Part shown: positions 39,946 to 52,318 of the stretch, piece after piece
How the letters are laid out: each line of letters begins with the position of its first letter
Numbering within the stretch: position 1 is the stretch's first letter
NCBI RefSeq assembly: GCF_006345805.1
Contig: NC_042997.1
Location: 77,438,001 to 77,502,000 of the forward strand
DNA: 64,000 nt
DNA from: Octopus sinensis
Taxonomy: Eukaryota
Direction of reading: 5' to 3'
Made by a program: the position numbers and the translations under genes
The notes under the pieces: model-generated
Told to the model about the DNA's origin: nothing
Seen by the model: the letters and a program-made list of their open reading frames with translations, nothing else
Databases searched by the model: none

Positions 39946-40335
39946 TTTACTCTTTTACTTGTTTCAGTCATTTGACTGTGGCCATGCTGGAGCACCGCCT
40001 TTAGTCAAGCAAATCGACCCCAGGACTTATTCTTTGTAAGCCCAGTACTTATTCTAATCGTTCTCTTTTGCCGAACCGCTAAGTGACGGGGACGTAAACA
40101 ACCCAGCATCGGTTGTCAAACAATGCTAGGGGGACAAACACAGACACACACACTTATATATATATACATATATACGACAGGCCTCCTTCAGTTTCCGTCT
40201 ACCAAATCCACTCACAAGGCATTGGTCGGCCCGGGGCTATAGCAGAAGACACTTGCCCAAGATGCCACGCAGTGGGACTGAACCCGGAACCATGTGGTTG
40301 GTTAGCAAGCTACTTACCACACAGCCACTCCTGCG

Positions 40336-40338
<3 letters not shown>
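39945..40338 (-). mobile_element. tRNA-derived SINE, full length
   Basis: Complete head-to-tail family copy between (TA)n tracts. Confidence 0.88.
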
Positions 40339-40369
<31 letters not shown>

Positions 40370-40405
40370 TGTATATATATATATGTTTGTATATATATAT
40401 ATGTT

Positions 40406-40447
<42 letters not shown>

Positions 40448-40543
40448 ATATATCTATATATGTATATATATTTTTATATATGCATATATATTTATATATG
40501 TATATATATTTATATATTACATATATATATATATATATATTAC

Positions 40544-40581
<38 letters not shown>

Positions 40582-40672
40582 TACATATATTATATCTATA
40601 TATATATATTCATATATTACATATATATATATATATATTTATATATTACTATATACATATATATTATATTAC

Positions 40673-40722
<50 letters not shown>

Positions 40723-40752
40723 GCGAGAAAGAAGCAACAAGAATGGATAGGT

Positions 40753-40841
40753 TTTTAGTACAATCGTTTCATACAAGGACAGGCTTTATTAAAAGTTGCA
40801 AAAATTACAGCATATAACGTGTCCGTACTCATCAGCTAAAA
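40753..40841 (-). ncRNA. Type I hammerhead ribozyme
   Basis: uuuuag-CUGAUGA-GUAC...GUAU-GAAA-CGAUUG-UA-cuaaaa. Confidence 0.8.
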
Positions 40842-41783
40842 TACATGTGAGTTCTCTAGACATCCTAGTGGTTGAGGCTATACTCATGAAGTAATGTAGA
40901 TAATTAAGTACCATAAACAGATTTCCAAATTCATTAAAGTTCTTTAAAGATGATGTACAGTCTTATCACAGAATTTAAAAAAAGTTTTAATAGCATCACA
41001 GAGAAGGTGACCTAATCCATAGTGCACATATGAATTTCCAGAGATATGATGAGGGATTACATACTCACAGAAGACAAATTTATCCATTGTTAATCACAAC
41101 GAGGTGGGTCTCAATTCCTGCTTTTAGCATTACAGAGAGGGTGAATTAATCCTTTGTATAGATGCACAATTTCCAATGGTGTAGATGTAAATTTCCAGAG
41201 AAATGAAGAGGAATTCATATTCACAGGCGATAATTTATCAATGGTTGAACACAATGAGGTAGGTATCAATTCTTGTTATATGATTAGGTATTTGCCACAT
41301 TAATCACATTACTGCTATTTTAACAAGAGGCTGTAGCTATTTAACTTTTAAAGGCTGAAGGGCTTTCTAGAGAGGCAAAGAATAGAAAAGGGAAGGGAAT
41401 AGAAGAAAAGAGAGAAATAAAGGAGGAGGGAGCAAAAAGGGGGGGGGAAAGGGGACTAAAAGAGAAGAGAAAAGGAAAAAGAGAATAAGAGAAGAAAAAG
41501 AAAAAAGAGAAAAGGAAAGAAATAGGAAAGAAGGGAAAAAGAAAAAGAAAAAAAAGAGGTTCTAGTTATACAGAAGAATTAGTAGACGGCAAGTCTGTTT
41601 TAATTTACAGGCATCTAGGAACTAGAGGAGAATTTATTCTTTGACCAGTAAAACAGCTAATTTATCAGCATCTTTAAAGAACTTTAATGAACTTTGGAAA
41701 TCTGTTTATGTTACTTACTTAATTATCTACATTACTTCAGAGTATAGCCTCAACCACTAGGATGTCTAGAGAACTCACATGTA

Positions 41784-41874
41784 TTTTAGCTGATGAGTAC
41801 GGGACACGTTTATATGCTGTAATTTTTGCAACTTTTAATAAAGCCTGTCCTTGTATGAAACGATGGTACTAAAA
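41784..41874 (+). ncRNA. Type I hammerhead ribozyme (inverted twin of 40753)
   Basis: uuuuag-CUGAUGA-GUAC...GUAU-GAAA-CGAUGG-UA-cuaaaa. Confidence 0.8.
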
Positions 41875-42022
41875 ACCTATCCATTCTTGGTGTTCTTCTT
41901 TCTCGCTTATAATCACCCACATTACTGTATTGTTAAAACAGTATAGTTTTTTTTGGTGCATCTAAGTTAGGTACCATATTCAAGTAAATTCATTTAAATT
42001 TACTTGAATCTTTATTGCCTTT

Positions 42023-42058
<36 letters not shown>

Positions 42059-42189
42059 ATATATATATATGTAATATATATATACTATATATATACATAT
42101 ATATATGATTGATTGATTTGATTATAATATATATATATATTATATTTATATATATATATATATAATATATATATATTTATATATATATA

Positions 42190-42245
<56 letters not shown>

Positions 42246-42286
42246 ATATAATATATATAATATATATATTATATATATATATTATT

Positions 42287-42317
<31 letters not shown>

Positions 42318-42341
42318 AATATATTTATATATATATATATT

Positions 42342-42406
<65 letters not shown>

Positions 42407-42413
42407 ATATATA

Positions 42414-42489
<76 letters not shown>

Positions 42490-42495
42490 ATATAT

Positions 42496-43315
42496 GATGA
42501 TTTTTGATTTTGATTTTTCCAGTTTCAGCTAATGAGCTGTGGCCATGCTGGGGCACCGCCATTTGGTTTGCTACAACGATTTTACCTCACGGATGCTTTT
42601 TAGCAAACGCCATCTGATGCATGAGAGAGTTCGATGCAGCTGCCCTCATCTGCACCTCCTGCCGTGAAGTTGGTTCATCCGGACACCTGACAGGAAGAGA
42701 TCCAGTCCTACTTTAAAGACATCCGCATCTACACCATGCAGGTCCCTCAGGTTCTTCGGGAGGTTATTGAAGAGCTGTGGGCCCTCTGAAGCCCAGGCTA
42801 TCACAATATCTTGTCCTACATCTTGATGGCAAATTGGAGTCCTTTGTACTCGCAGTGGCGTCCGGTTCTGGCATTTGTGTGCCTCTCGATGCCAAAGTCT
42901 GGGACAAGTCCTTCCAGGATCTTCCAGATATATATTATGGCATATCTTTCTCGCCTACGCTCCAGGGATAGAGCTTTAATCTCTTGAGTCTTTCCAGCAG
43001 CTCATATGCTGCACAGAGGCTATCTTCTTCGTGTAGCTTCATTGGATCGCCTCAAGTTCTGTGATCAACTTGACACTGGATGGTGACCATAGCTGAGAGC
43101 AATAGTCAAAGTGGCTTAGGACAAGTGTCTTCCAGAGGACCATCATGGTTTCTGTTTCTCGTGTTCTAAAGGTTCTAAGAATCCATCCAGCCAGCCGTCT
43201 ACATTTCATTGCCAGTTTAGCAACATGTACATGAAAGGTCGCGTCATCACTCATGTGAATACCCAGGTCACGCACTGATTGTGCCTCTGGGATTGCAATC
43301 CCTCCGGTCCAGTGT
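42496..43315 (-). mobile_element. CR1/L2-group LINE 3' fragment
   Basis: VRDLGIHMSDDATF, LRTFRTR, VLSHFDYCSQLWSP, ELEAIQ, ERRRERY; the 3' end resembles the SINE tails. Confidence 0.85.
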
Positions 43316-43329
43316 ATGTGTAATATATG

Positions 43330-43374
<45 letters not shown>

Positions 43375-43410
43375 ATATATATATATTATATATTATATAC
43401 ATAATTATAT

Positions 43411-44058
43411 ACTAAGCAATTAAGGGTTTAGCAACGAATTGCCTCACCACACACCGAATTTAGAAATAGCAGTCAAAGAGTCATAGCTATTCTTTCTACT
43501 AAAAGGGAGATCTCAGTAAAAACACAGCACTTGAAAGGCAAACACAGACAGGTAAGAGAGAATGAAATGACGGCAATCTATCATACAATTTTAAGTCACC
43601 TACGGACGTACGTTTCGAAATCAAGTTTTAGGAAAGCATAAGAATTAGATAATTCTACCTTACCCAACTTCTTTTCTCATCAGCGTAGGACACTACAATT
43701 ATGAATAATTGTATATTAAATTTTGAGATACTAGAAGGCATCATCTCAACTCAGTATCAGAGCGAGCTAAAGCCATTACCAGTACCACTAAATTCAAAGT
43801 GTGAGTGAAAGTTTGTGTCACCAGCCCCTTCCCACCCGCGTGCAGCCAAGACAAGATGCTGTGGTCATTTACTGGGATGAAATATGGTTATCAGTAACAA
43901 TATAGGGTGAAATTAATTAATTTGGAATAATTATCAATTACACCAAGTAGATTTCGGCATGTAAAAGCTTCATTCGAAGAAAATTTAAGTAATACTAAGC
44001 AATTAAGGGTTTAGCAACGAATTGCCTCACCACACACCGAATTTAGAAATAGCAGTCA
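43411..44058 (-). mobile_element. 583-bp HHR-bearing unit with 65-bp terminal direct repeats
   Basis: ACTAAGCAATTAAGGG...GAAATAGCAGTCA at 43411-43475 and 43994-44058; the second copy is cut by an RTE tail. Confidence 0.8.
43599..43689 (-). ncRNA. Type I hammerhead ribozyme, intact
   Basis: ccuacg-CUGAUGA-GAAA...UUUC-GAAA-CGUACG-UC-cguagg; 6-bp stem I, palindromic stem III, GUC site. Confidence 0.88.
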
Positions 44059-45290
44059 TCATCATCATCATCATCATCGTTTAACGTCCGCTTTCCATGC
44101 TAGCATGGGTTGGACGGTTCAACTGGGGTCTGGCAAGCCCGAAGGCTGCACCAGGCCAGTCAGATCTGGGAGTGTTTCTACAGCTGGATGCCCTTCCTAA
44201 CGCCAACCACTCCGAGAGTGTAGTGGGTGATTTTATGTGCCACCGACACAGGTGCCAGACGAGGCTGGCAGACGGCCACGCTCGGATGGTGTTTTTTATG
44301 TGCCACCGACACAAGTGCCAGACGAGGCTGGCAGACGGCCATGCTCGGATGGTGTTTTCTTATGTGTCACCGACACAGGTGCCAGACGAGGCTGGCGAAC
44401 GGCCACGCTCGGATGGTGTTTGTTACGTGCCCTCAGCACGGAGGCCAGTCGTTGCGGTACTGGCTACGGTCACGTTCGGATGGTTTTCTTATGTGCCACC
44501 GGCACTGGTACCACAAGGATACAAATTCTATTGATGTTCATCTATTTTGATTTGGTTCGATTTGATTTGATTTGATTTGATTCTCACTTGCCTCAACAGG
44601 TCTTCACAAGTGTCACAAGAAGGAAGGTATGCACAGGTAGGGGCCACGGGGTATGGCTTCACTAGTCTTGCCGGGTCTTCTCACGCACAGCATACTTCCA
44701 TAGGTCTCGGTCTCTAGTCATTTCCATGGTGAGACCTAACGTCCGAAGGTCGTGCTTCACCACCTCGTCCCAGGTTTTCCTGGGTCTACCTCTTCCACGG
44801 GTTCCCTCAACTGCTAGGGATTGGCACTTTCTCACACACCTATCTTCATCCATTCTCGCCACATGACCATACCAGCGCAATCGTCTCTCTTGCACACCAC
44901 AATTGATGCTTCTTAGGTACAACATTTCTCTCAAGGTACTAACGCTCTGTCGAGTAAGTACACTGACATTACACATCCATCGGAGCATACTGGCTTCGTT
45001 CCTCACGAGCTTACGCATGTCCTCAGCAGTCACGGCCCATGTTTCACTGCCATGTAGCATAGCTGTTCGTACACATGCATCATACAGTCTGCCTTTTACT
45101 CTGAGCGAGAGGCCTTTAGTCACCAGCAGAGGTAAGAGCTCCCTAAACTTTGCCCAGGCTATTCTTATTCTAGCAGTTACACTTTCAGCGCACCCATCAC
45201 CACTACTGACTTGGTCACCTAGATAGCGGAAGCTATCAACTACTTCTAGTTTTTCCCCCCGGAAAGTGACCGAAGTTGTTTTCTGCAGAT
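44059..45290 (-). mobile_element. 5'-truncated RTE LINE
   Basis: Open RT C-terminal frame (44662-45123), about 5 tandem 3'-UTR units, (CAT)n tail. Confidence 0.9.
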
Positions 45291-45416
45291 TTTCGGTCTC
45301 CTTTTTAACGCCGCACGGTCGCCCCTAACAAAATAAGAAGCCAAATACATATAAGAAGCCAAATACATATAAAATACAGTGCCAAAAGGAATAAATGGAC
45401 GACAAAACCGTTCAAC

Positions 45417-46260
45417 TGTTTGAGAGAGAAGACTTTATTTTAAAAGTGTACAAAGAGTGTATGTGAGTGTGTGTGCTTGCGACAGGTGTTTGTGTCTGTA
45501 TGTTTATGTGTGCGACAGAAAGTGAATGCGTATACAACAGAAATACAGAGCATAAGATTAATGTCTCAACATATTGAGTTAAGATGGAAATTGTTTACCA
45601 GTTCGTAAGTGAGGTACACGATTGCAAGTTCTATAACAAGAGGTTGTGGACACGAGGCAGAGGCCGGTTGGGATATATGTTGTGCAGCGGTTGGAGCTTC
45701 AATGCCGTGCTACAGAAAGTTCTTTCAGGTAGACTGCAACTGTTTAATGTGGAGTTTAGACCTGGGCGAAGTTAATGTGTACATATTGCTGAAATCGACG
45801 GAGATGGAGACGACGTAAAGTTGAAGGACGATGATGGTGATGGTGGTGACAGAGGGAGACAACGTCGAGATGAAGGCGACGGAGATGTAGACCGTCTTGT
45901 CTGTCGCTGGTGTATAATAGCGTCTTCATGGCTGGCTGGTCGTCTGTCGCTGGAACTGGAACATGGCTGAGTAGCTCTGTGGTCAGTGACTAGACCTTAG
46001 AGGGTCTAGAGCCAAAGACCTGGAATAGTGAATGCTGTGCTTTATATAGGATTTAGGTGGCTCAAATGAAGGATCAGAAAACAGTGTCACGAGACCTTAT
46101 CCGTAGGCCGGATTGGTTGGCTTACACACTGGCGCGAAATAAGTCCAAAGACAAACTGCGCCAAATGCCAACCAATCAGAGCAGTGAACACAACAGGGTC
46201 AAACTAGCCAAAGATGGTTGTAAACTACCACGAGATTATTCTTAATATGTCTCTCAAACA
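45417..46260 (-). mobile_element. Probable isolated LTR
   Basis: TGTTTGAGA/TCTCAAACA inverted ends; minus-strand TATATAAA (about 46021) and AATAAA (about 45434), CCAAT motifs; no TSD found. Confidence 0.5.
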
Positions 46261-46289
46261 GTGAGGATATCAAACAGTGAGGATACAGT

Positions 46290-46816
46290 CCTATATTGTT
46301 TGCACATCAGCAGCAATAGTCCGGTAGCATTCTTTCGCTGTGAGTGAAGTTCTTGATATCTGTTCTTCACGTTTTCTCATATAATTGACATCGGAATACA
46401 TCAGCCTTTGATGGGATTATTGCTGTAGAAAATTCTGCAGGAAACCCAAAAACTGAATTACGGCTTTTACTTCTAGTAGCCATTCTACAATTTTATATAT
46501 TTAGCTCTGAAATAATCTGAAAAAAACCCCAAAACAAAACAAAATCATTTAACAAATGTATGCATTTTCTAAAATAAAATTTAACACATATTGATAGGGG
46601 TGCCTATCTACCAATCATCTTATATCTCAATGTTTTTGCTATCTTTACTCATCAGATGTTTTAAACAAGGTTTCTACAGTGAAATAAGATCAAATGTTCC
46701 ATAACAATAAGCAATTTAGCATATACGTGTTAGTGATTATATGATTAATATAGAAAATTAAGGTATTGAAGTGGGGGGGGGTCATGCGAGGGGTACGGGG
46801 TGTCACATAACCCTAA
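46290..46816 (-). mobile_element. Possible DNA transposon 5' end (hATm-like) with transposase N-terminal remnant
   Basis: TAGGGTT start; MATRSKSRNSVFGFPAEF..IIPSKADVFR resembles such N-termini from memory only. Confidence 0.3.
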
Positions 46817-46980
46817 TTTTCATATATTTTATTGAAAATACTATTTGAAACTCTGTGCATACCGTGGAATTAAGGTTTCTTAAAAATTGTTGTGTATATA
46901 TTGTATACACATACATAAACACCCATACACATACATATATATATGTATGTATCTATGTATACACACACACACATACACAT

Positions 46981-47069
<89 letters not shown>

Positions 47070-47795
47070 GGTGGCTGCCACCTCGTTATCGAGTATGACC
47101 ATTGCACGAAGCTTAATAAATGTCGTTATCGTGCAATGCCTGTGCAAGAAGATTTTTTTTTAAGTGAGGAAAGGCTATGCACTGAGTCAATCCCACTCAC
47201 TAAGCACAGCAGCCATAATCCGAAAAGAAGAACAAGTCAACATCATCGGTAACCACTGAGCCGCAGGTTTTATGTCAGAGATATACCAGTTACCTGAGTT
47301 ACCCTCTCCTAGGAGTCCTTCACTCTCAATGGTTTAACCTCGCGATCGGGTATTCAGTCCGATTATTTCTATGTCCCCGCGCATGATACATCCTGAAGAC
47401 ATTTATTGGATGCCCGTTGACTCTCAAGAGTTCCTCCGCCCTTTGACGGGTTTGGTTTTTCATCCCGCAGGGTATCCAATAAGCACCCTCCTCACCTAAC
47501 AAAGGCTAGGAGTCCTTCACTCCCAATGGTTTAACCTCGCGATCGGGTATTCAGTCCGATTATTTCTATGTCCCCGCGCATGATGCATCATTAAAACATT
47601 TATTGGATGGCCGTTGACTCTCAAGAGTTCCTCCGCCCTTTGACGAGTTTGGTTTTTCATCCTGCAGGGTGTCCAATAAACACCCTCCTCACCGAGCAAG
47701 CTTGGTGGGGTTGCTGGTTTAGTCGCCGACGACCCGACCATGCAACAGGTTGTACTGGGTTACATGTTACCAGTAGCACTCGAAAGTGACTTGAC
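47070..47795 (-). mobile_element. Non-autonomous RTE-derived element (5' UTR joined to a 3' end), internal about 210-bp duplication
   Basis: GGATGGCCGTTGACTC is shared with the RTE 5' UTR at 38320; homologous to 59461-59930; duplication 47305-47500 vs 47505-47690. Confidence 0.6.
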
Positions 47796-47874
47796 ACAAT
47801 GTATATATATATATATACATACACACAGCCATCCATCCACACATACATACACACACATATATAAATGGGGTCCG

Positions 47875-48570
47875 GCCAAAAGCCCCCTTGGAAAACAGCC
47901 CTTCAGGCAAAAGCTCTTCGGACAAAAGCCCCACGGTTATTTGTACATTGAGTAGACTTTACTATTCAATGTACATATTGTCTGAATTCTAACAAAAGGG
48001 AAAGCATTTACTTCAAGAAATGTGTAGAATCTCAAAAACGATAAGATGTATATTTGAATGACTAGCCTTCGGCGCCATATTCTGTTAGACCATCAACGGC
48101 CGGAGAAAGTTCAAAAGGTCAGCTTATTCTCATTAATCTGTAAGTGCTGAGAGAAGAAAACAAAAGACTTAGAATATATATTTTAAAATGCTGATTTTTC
48201 TGCGACTAAAAATTCTTTCAGCCGGTGCCCCATCATGGTCGCAGTCCAATGACTGAAACAAGCAAAAAAGATTTCTAGAAAATTAAAAAAACCGAGATGG
48301 TTATAAAAAAATTTCAAGAGATTTGGTTGTTATTTCTAGCATGTGGAGATACCTTCTACGCTTAACTTCATGCACTGGTTGAAAATCATTAGAAAAAATT
48401 CTGGGGTCGTTACATTCGATTAAAAATTCTCCAAGGTGGTGCATCAGCATGGCCACAGCCTAATGAAGAAAACAAGTAAAAAGTGAAAAAAAATAATAAA
48501 AAATCGAAAAATATAACCGTGGGGCTTTTGCCCGAGAGGCTTTTATCCTGGGGGGAGGTTGTTCTACACT
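47875..48570. mobile_element. Fold-back DNA element with sub-terminal AAAAGCCC repeats
   Basis: CGGACAAAAGCCCCACGGTTAT (about 47919) is inverted as ATAACCGTGGGGCTTTTGCCCG (about 48513); superfamily unassigned. Confidence 0.5.
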
Positions 48571-48623
48571 CATACATACATACATACATACATACATACA
48601 TACATACATACATACATACATAC

Positions 48624-49719
48624 TGATATGGAGGTCAGTTCGGAAAAAAAAAGAGTTCTATGACCCAGTTTTCGTTGGTTTGTAGTCGGAGAGTCTGGAA
48701 AAAAAATTATTGCGCTTTGTTCTGTTATTTTCTGGAGAGATTAATGGGTTTGGAAGAGACCGCTGACCCTTTTTCGGTCAGGGAAAGTTTAAGAAACCAC
48801 CCTTTAAAATGCGACGCGCTGGGTTTGTTAGTCAGTTCTGCCTGAGACAGTAAATTGGCAACAGGGCAGTTCGGCAGTTTGGCCAAAGACAGCAGTGATA
48901 CGGACGGTCAGCCAAGAATGTGGCGATGGCGAGAGGCAACGACAACGTTGAGAAAGACAGACAGTGAATGTGAGAGATGACAAGCGAGAGGTAGAGAAAG
49001 ACAGGCAGATAGCATTGGGGACATGTAGAGCGAAAGAGAGAGATTACGGCGTGAAGGCATTGGCTATTGTAGTAGAAGCTTGTAACGTTATGTTTTGTTT
49101 ATTTTTTGATATGAAATGTAAAAGAAAGAATTGTGACGTAAATTGTAATCTGTGATGAAGAGAAATAAAGAATTGTTGAACTAAAAAAAAAGAATTGATG
49201 TGTCAAAAAATGAAAGAAGGAAAAGAGGAAGAAAAGAAATGAGATTATAAAGAACATTGTGAATTGTGTTAAATAGGAAGGAAAAAGAAAGAGAAAGACT
49301 TTAATGTTGAACTGTTTCGAACTCTATATTGCGTGGACTGTCTTCGGACTTGGTGTATCGTGCATGCCTTTGATTGTTTTCGAACGACGTGTTATGTTTA
49401 AATGCATTGGTTGTTTTTCTTTTTAATTCTGTTGCATGTTAATTTCTTTAATGTATCTGCTATGTTTCACATTGTATTTGATGTTGCAATAATTGTTATA
49501 AACTGTTGTTAAATGTAAGCAAATTGCCTTCCGCCGTCTCTCTATCTCTTCCTGCTGTTGTTGTTGTTATCTCCGGTCGCGGTTCGAGTTCGCTGCCATC
49601 CCCCACCACCATTTCCTCTCTGTGTGGCGGATTCCCGGTTCGACTGAGCCTGGTCAATCGTCGTCGCTCGACTTAGTAGGGTCCCGGGTTCGAGTTTGAG
49701 CGACGGCAGGTTCGTAACA
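48624..49719 (+). mobile_element. Solo LTR (second family)
   Basis: TGATATGGA...TTCGTAACA ends, 4-bp TSD ATAC, internal AATAAA. Confidence 0.7.
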
Positions 49720-49723
49720 ATAC

Positions 49724-49780
<57 letters not shown>

Positions 49781-49955
49781 CGATGGGTGAATGAATTATC
49801 CTATGTTTACCGTCAACATGGAAAATTCGATGAACCGATACCAGGGTAGCAAATTCACATCAGAAACACGGTTTAAGCGACCTATCCAAAGGTAGAAACT
49901 CCGGGTTCATGTGCAGAAATTTGTGTTATATATGAATAAATAAATAAATAAATAA

Positions 49956-50424
49956 ATAAATGGAATTGAACGAAGATGTTAATAAAATTCCTTTACTTTC
50001 GACATATGTTTCGAAGATAACATGGTTTTATTCCAAAGGAATAAACGGTGTAAGATGCAATCTTCTCATCAGGAAAGAAAGGGAGCCTCTCTTAACAACA
50101 AGACAAAATAATAATTACGATGACTGTCTACATGATAAACAAAACGTTAATAAGATGCAATCTTCTCATCAGGAAAGAAAGGGAGCCTCTCTCAACAAGA
50201 CAAAATAATAATTACGATGACTGCCTACATGATAAACAAAACGTAAATGATTAACGTTTTGTTTATCATGTAGGCAGTCATCGTAATTATTATTTTGTCT
50301 TGTTGTTGAGAGAGGCTCCCTTTCTTTCCTGATGCCTCTTACACCGTTTATTCCTTTGGAATAAAACCATGTTGTCTTCGAAACATATGTCGAAAGTAAA
50401 GGAATTTTATTAACATCTTCGTTC
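49956..50424. repeat. A-B-B'-invB-invA duplication/fold-back structure
   Basis: About 95-bp tandem duplication (50052/50152) followed by an inversion centred near 50248. Confidence 0.88.
49996..50077 (-). ncRNA. Type I hammerhead ribozyme, intact
   Basis: cuuuc-CUGAUGA-GAAGAU...AUCUUC-GAAA-CAUAUG-UC-gaaag. Confidence 0.88.
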
Positions 50425-50430
50425 AACTCC

Positions 50431-50510
<80 letters not shown>

Positions 50511-50512
50511 AG

Positions 50513-50905
50513 TGACTGTATGGTAAGTAGTTTGCTTACCAATCACATGGTTCCGGGTTCAGTCCCACTGCGTGGCACCTTGGATAGGCATCTTCTACTA
50601 TAGCTTCGAGTCGACCAAAGCCTTGTGAGTGGATTTCGTAGGCGGAAACTGAAAGAAGCCCGTCGTATTTATATGTATGTATGTGTGTATATGTTTGTGT
50701 GTTTGTGTTTGTCCCTCCCCAACATCGCTTGACAACCGATGCTGGTGTGTTTAAGTCCCCGTAACTTAGCGGTTCGGCAAAAGAGACCGATAGAATAAGT
50801 ACTAGGCTTACAAAGAATAAGTCCTGGGGGTCGATGTGCTCGACTACAGGCGGTGCTCCAGCATGGCCACAGTCAAATGGCTGAAATAAGTAAAAGTGAG
50901 AGAGA
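50513..50905 (+). mobile_element. tRNA-derived SINE
   Basis: Family head, core and tail; (TA)n on both sides. Confidence 0.85.
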
Positions 50906-50917
50906 AAGAGTAAAGAG

Positions 50918-50983
<66 letters not shown>

Positions 50984-51164
50984 TTTATATAAAGCAAAAA
51001 CTGTCTGATGAACGGCAACGTGAAACTCAGAGTAACAAGTTTTGTAGAATTTTCTGCTGCTTTAAATAAAGCATATTACTCTACCACTGGTATTTGAGTA
51101 CTCTTTTTTTCCACCTTGTTTCACATTTATGTGTTTACTCCGGTATATATATATATATATATAT

Positions 51165-52235
51165 ATTACAAATTGAGATAGGGGTTGTGAGTGCAACCCA
51201 CCATGGGATAACATATATCCAATATACTGCTAGTAAAGCACCCAACAAAGTTAATACATAAATGTTAAGAATTGCGATGCAATTAATTCATTTACTGTAT
51301 TATATGGGCAAAGGTAAAATGTTTTACATTTTTCATTTTTCATTTTATATGTATCTGCCGATCTATAATGCTTTGCATGGTACTGTATTATTCTTGTTGT
51401 TGTTTTTGCTATTATGTTGCAAACCGCGTGATGCATATATTGTTTTGCTGGTATTAATGTTATTAATAATAATAATAATGATATTAGTAGCAATAGTGGC
51501 AATGGTAATAGTAATGATGGTAATATTAATGGTATTTTGTAACTTAATATAATGAACTCTTCACTTTGTATATCTGCATTTTAATATAGATATGTGTATG
51601 TTTCTATATTGTAATATTCTAATATATTGTTTTGACCAACTGTAACCTTGAATATAGAACATATGTATATATATTGCTGTATATTATTATGTATATGCCG
51701 ATGCATATGAAAGTTTCTTTTTAAATGGCGGTGCCCCAGCATGGCCACAGCACATGAGCTGAAACTGGAAAAATCATATATGTATAGGAGTATGGGTATA
51801 TGCACTCATATGTATGTGTATATTATATATTATGAGTATGTACCCACTCTTGTATGGGTGTACCTCCTCTGATTTTCATATTTAATTTAGTTTGCACTTC
51901 ATAATCTCTGACGAGGCTTTGGGATATTTTTGTAAGTGTCTCATTTATAACTACATATTAACCTATCACACATGGCTAATATGAGCATGAGGCACCCATA
52001 TCTGCATGGCTGAAACAGCTGTAAGATTTAGTTTATATTTGTATTTGTATTTATTTATATTCACTTATACATACTGTACTTATTGTATCATATTACTCAT
52101 TGATGTACATTGTTTTGTTCTATATTATTATGTTTGACCTTAATGTTCATATGTAGTGGTTTAATAAATTATGTGATTGGGTATTATCTGGTAGTTGCTT
52201 ACTGATTAAGATGTATTTCTCCATTTTCTTATTTT
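51165..52235 (+). mobile_element. Non-autonomous HHR-bearing element (homologue of 38542), longer 5' part
   Basis: Shared ends with the 38.5 kb copy; carries a CR1-like LINE tail fragment at about 51723-51775. Confidence 0.8.
51903..52028 (+). ncRNA. Type I hammerhead ribozyme with about 95-nt stem II domain
   Basis: aaucu-CUGACGA-GGCU...GGCU-GAAA-CAGCUG-UA-agauu. Confidence 0.78.
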
Positions 52236-52238
52236 GTA

Positions 52239-52318
<80 letters not shown>

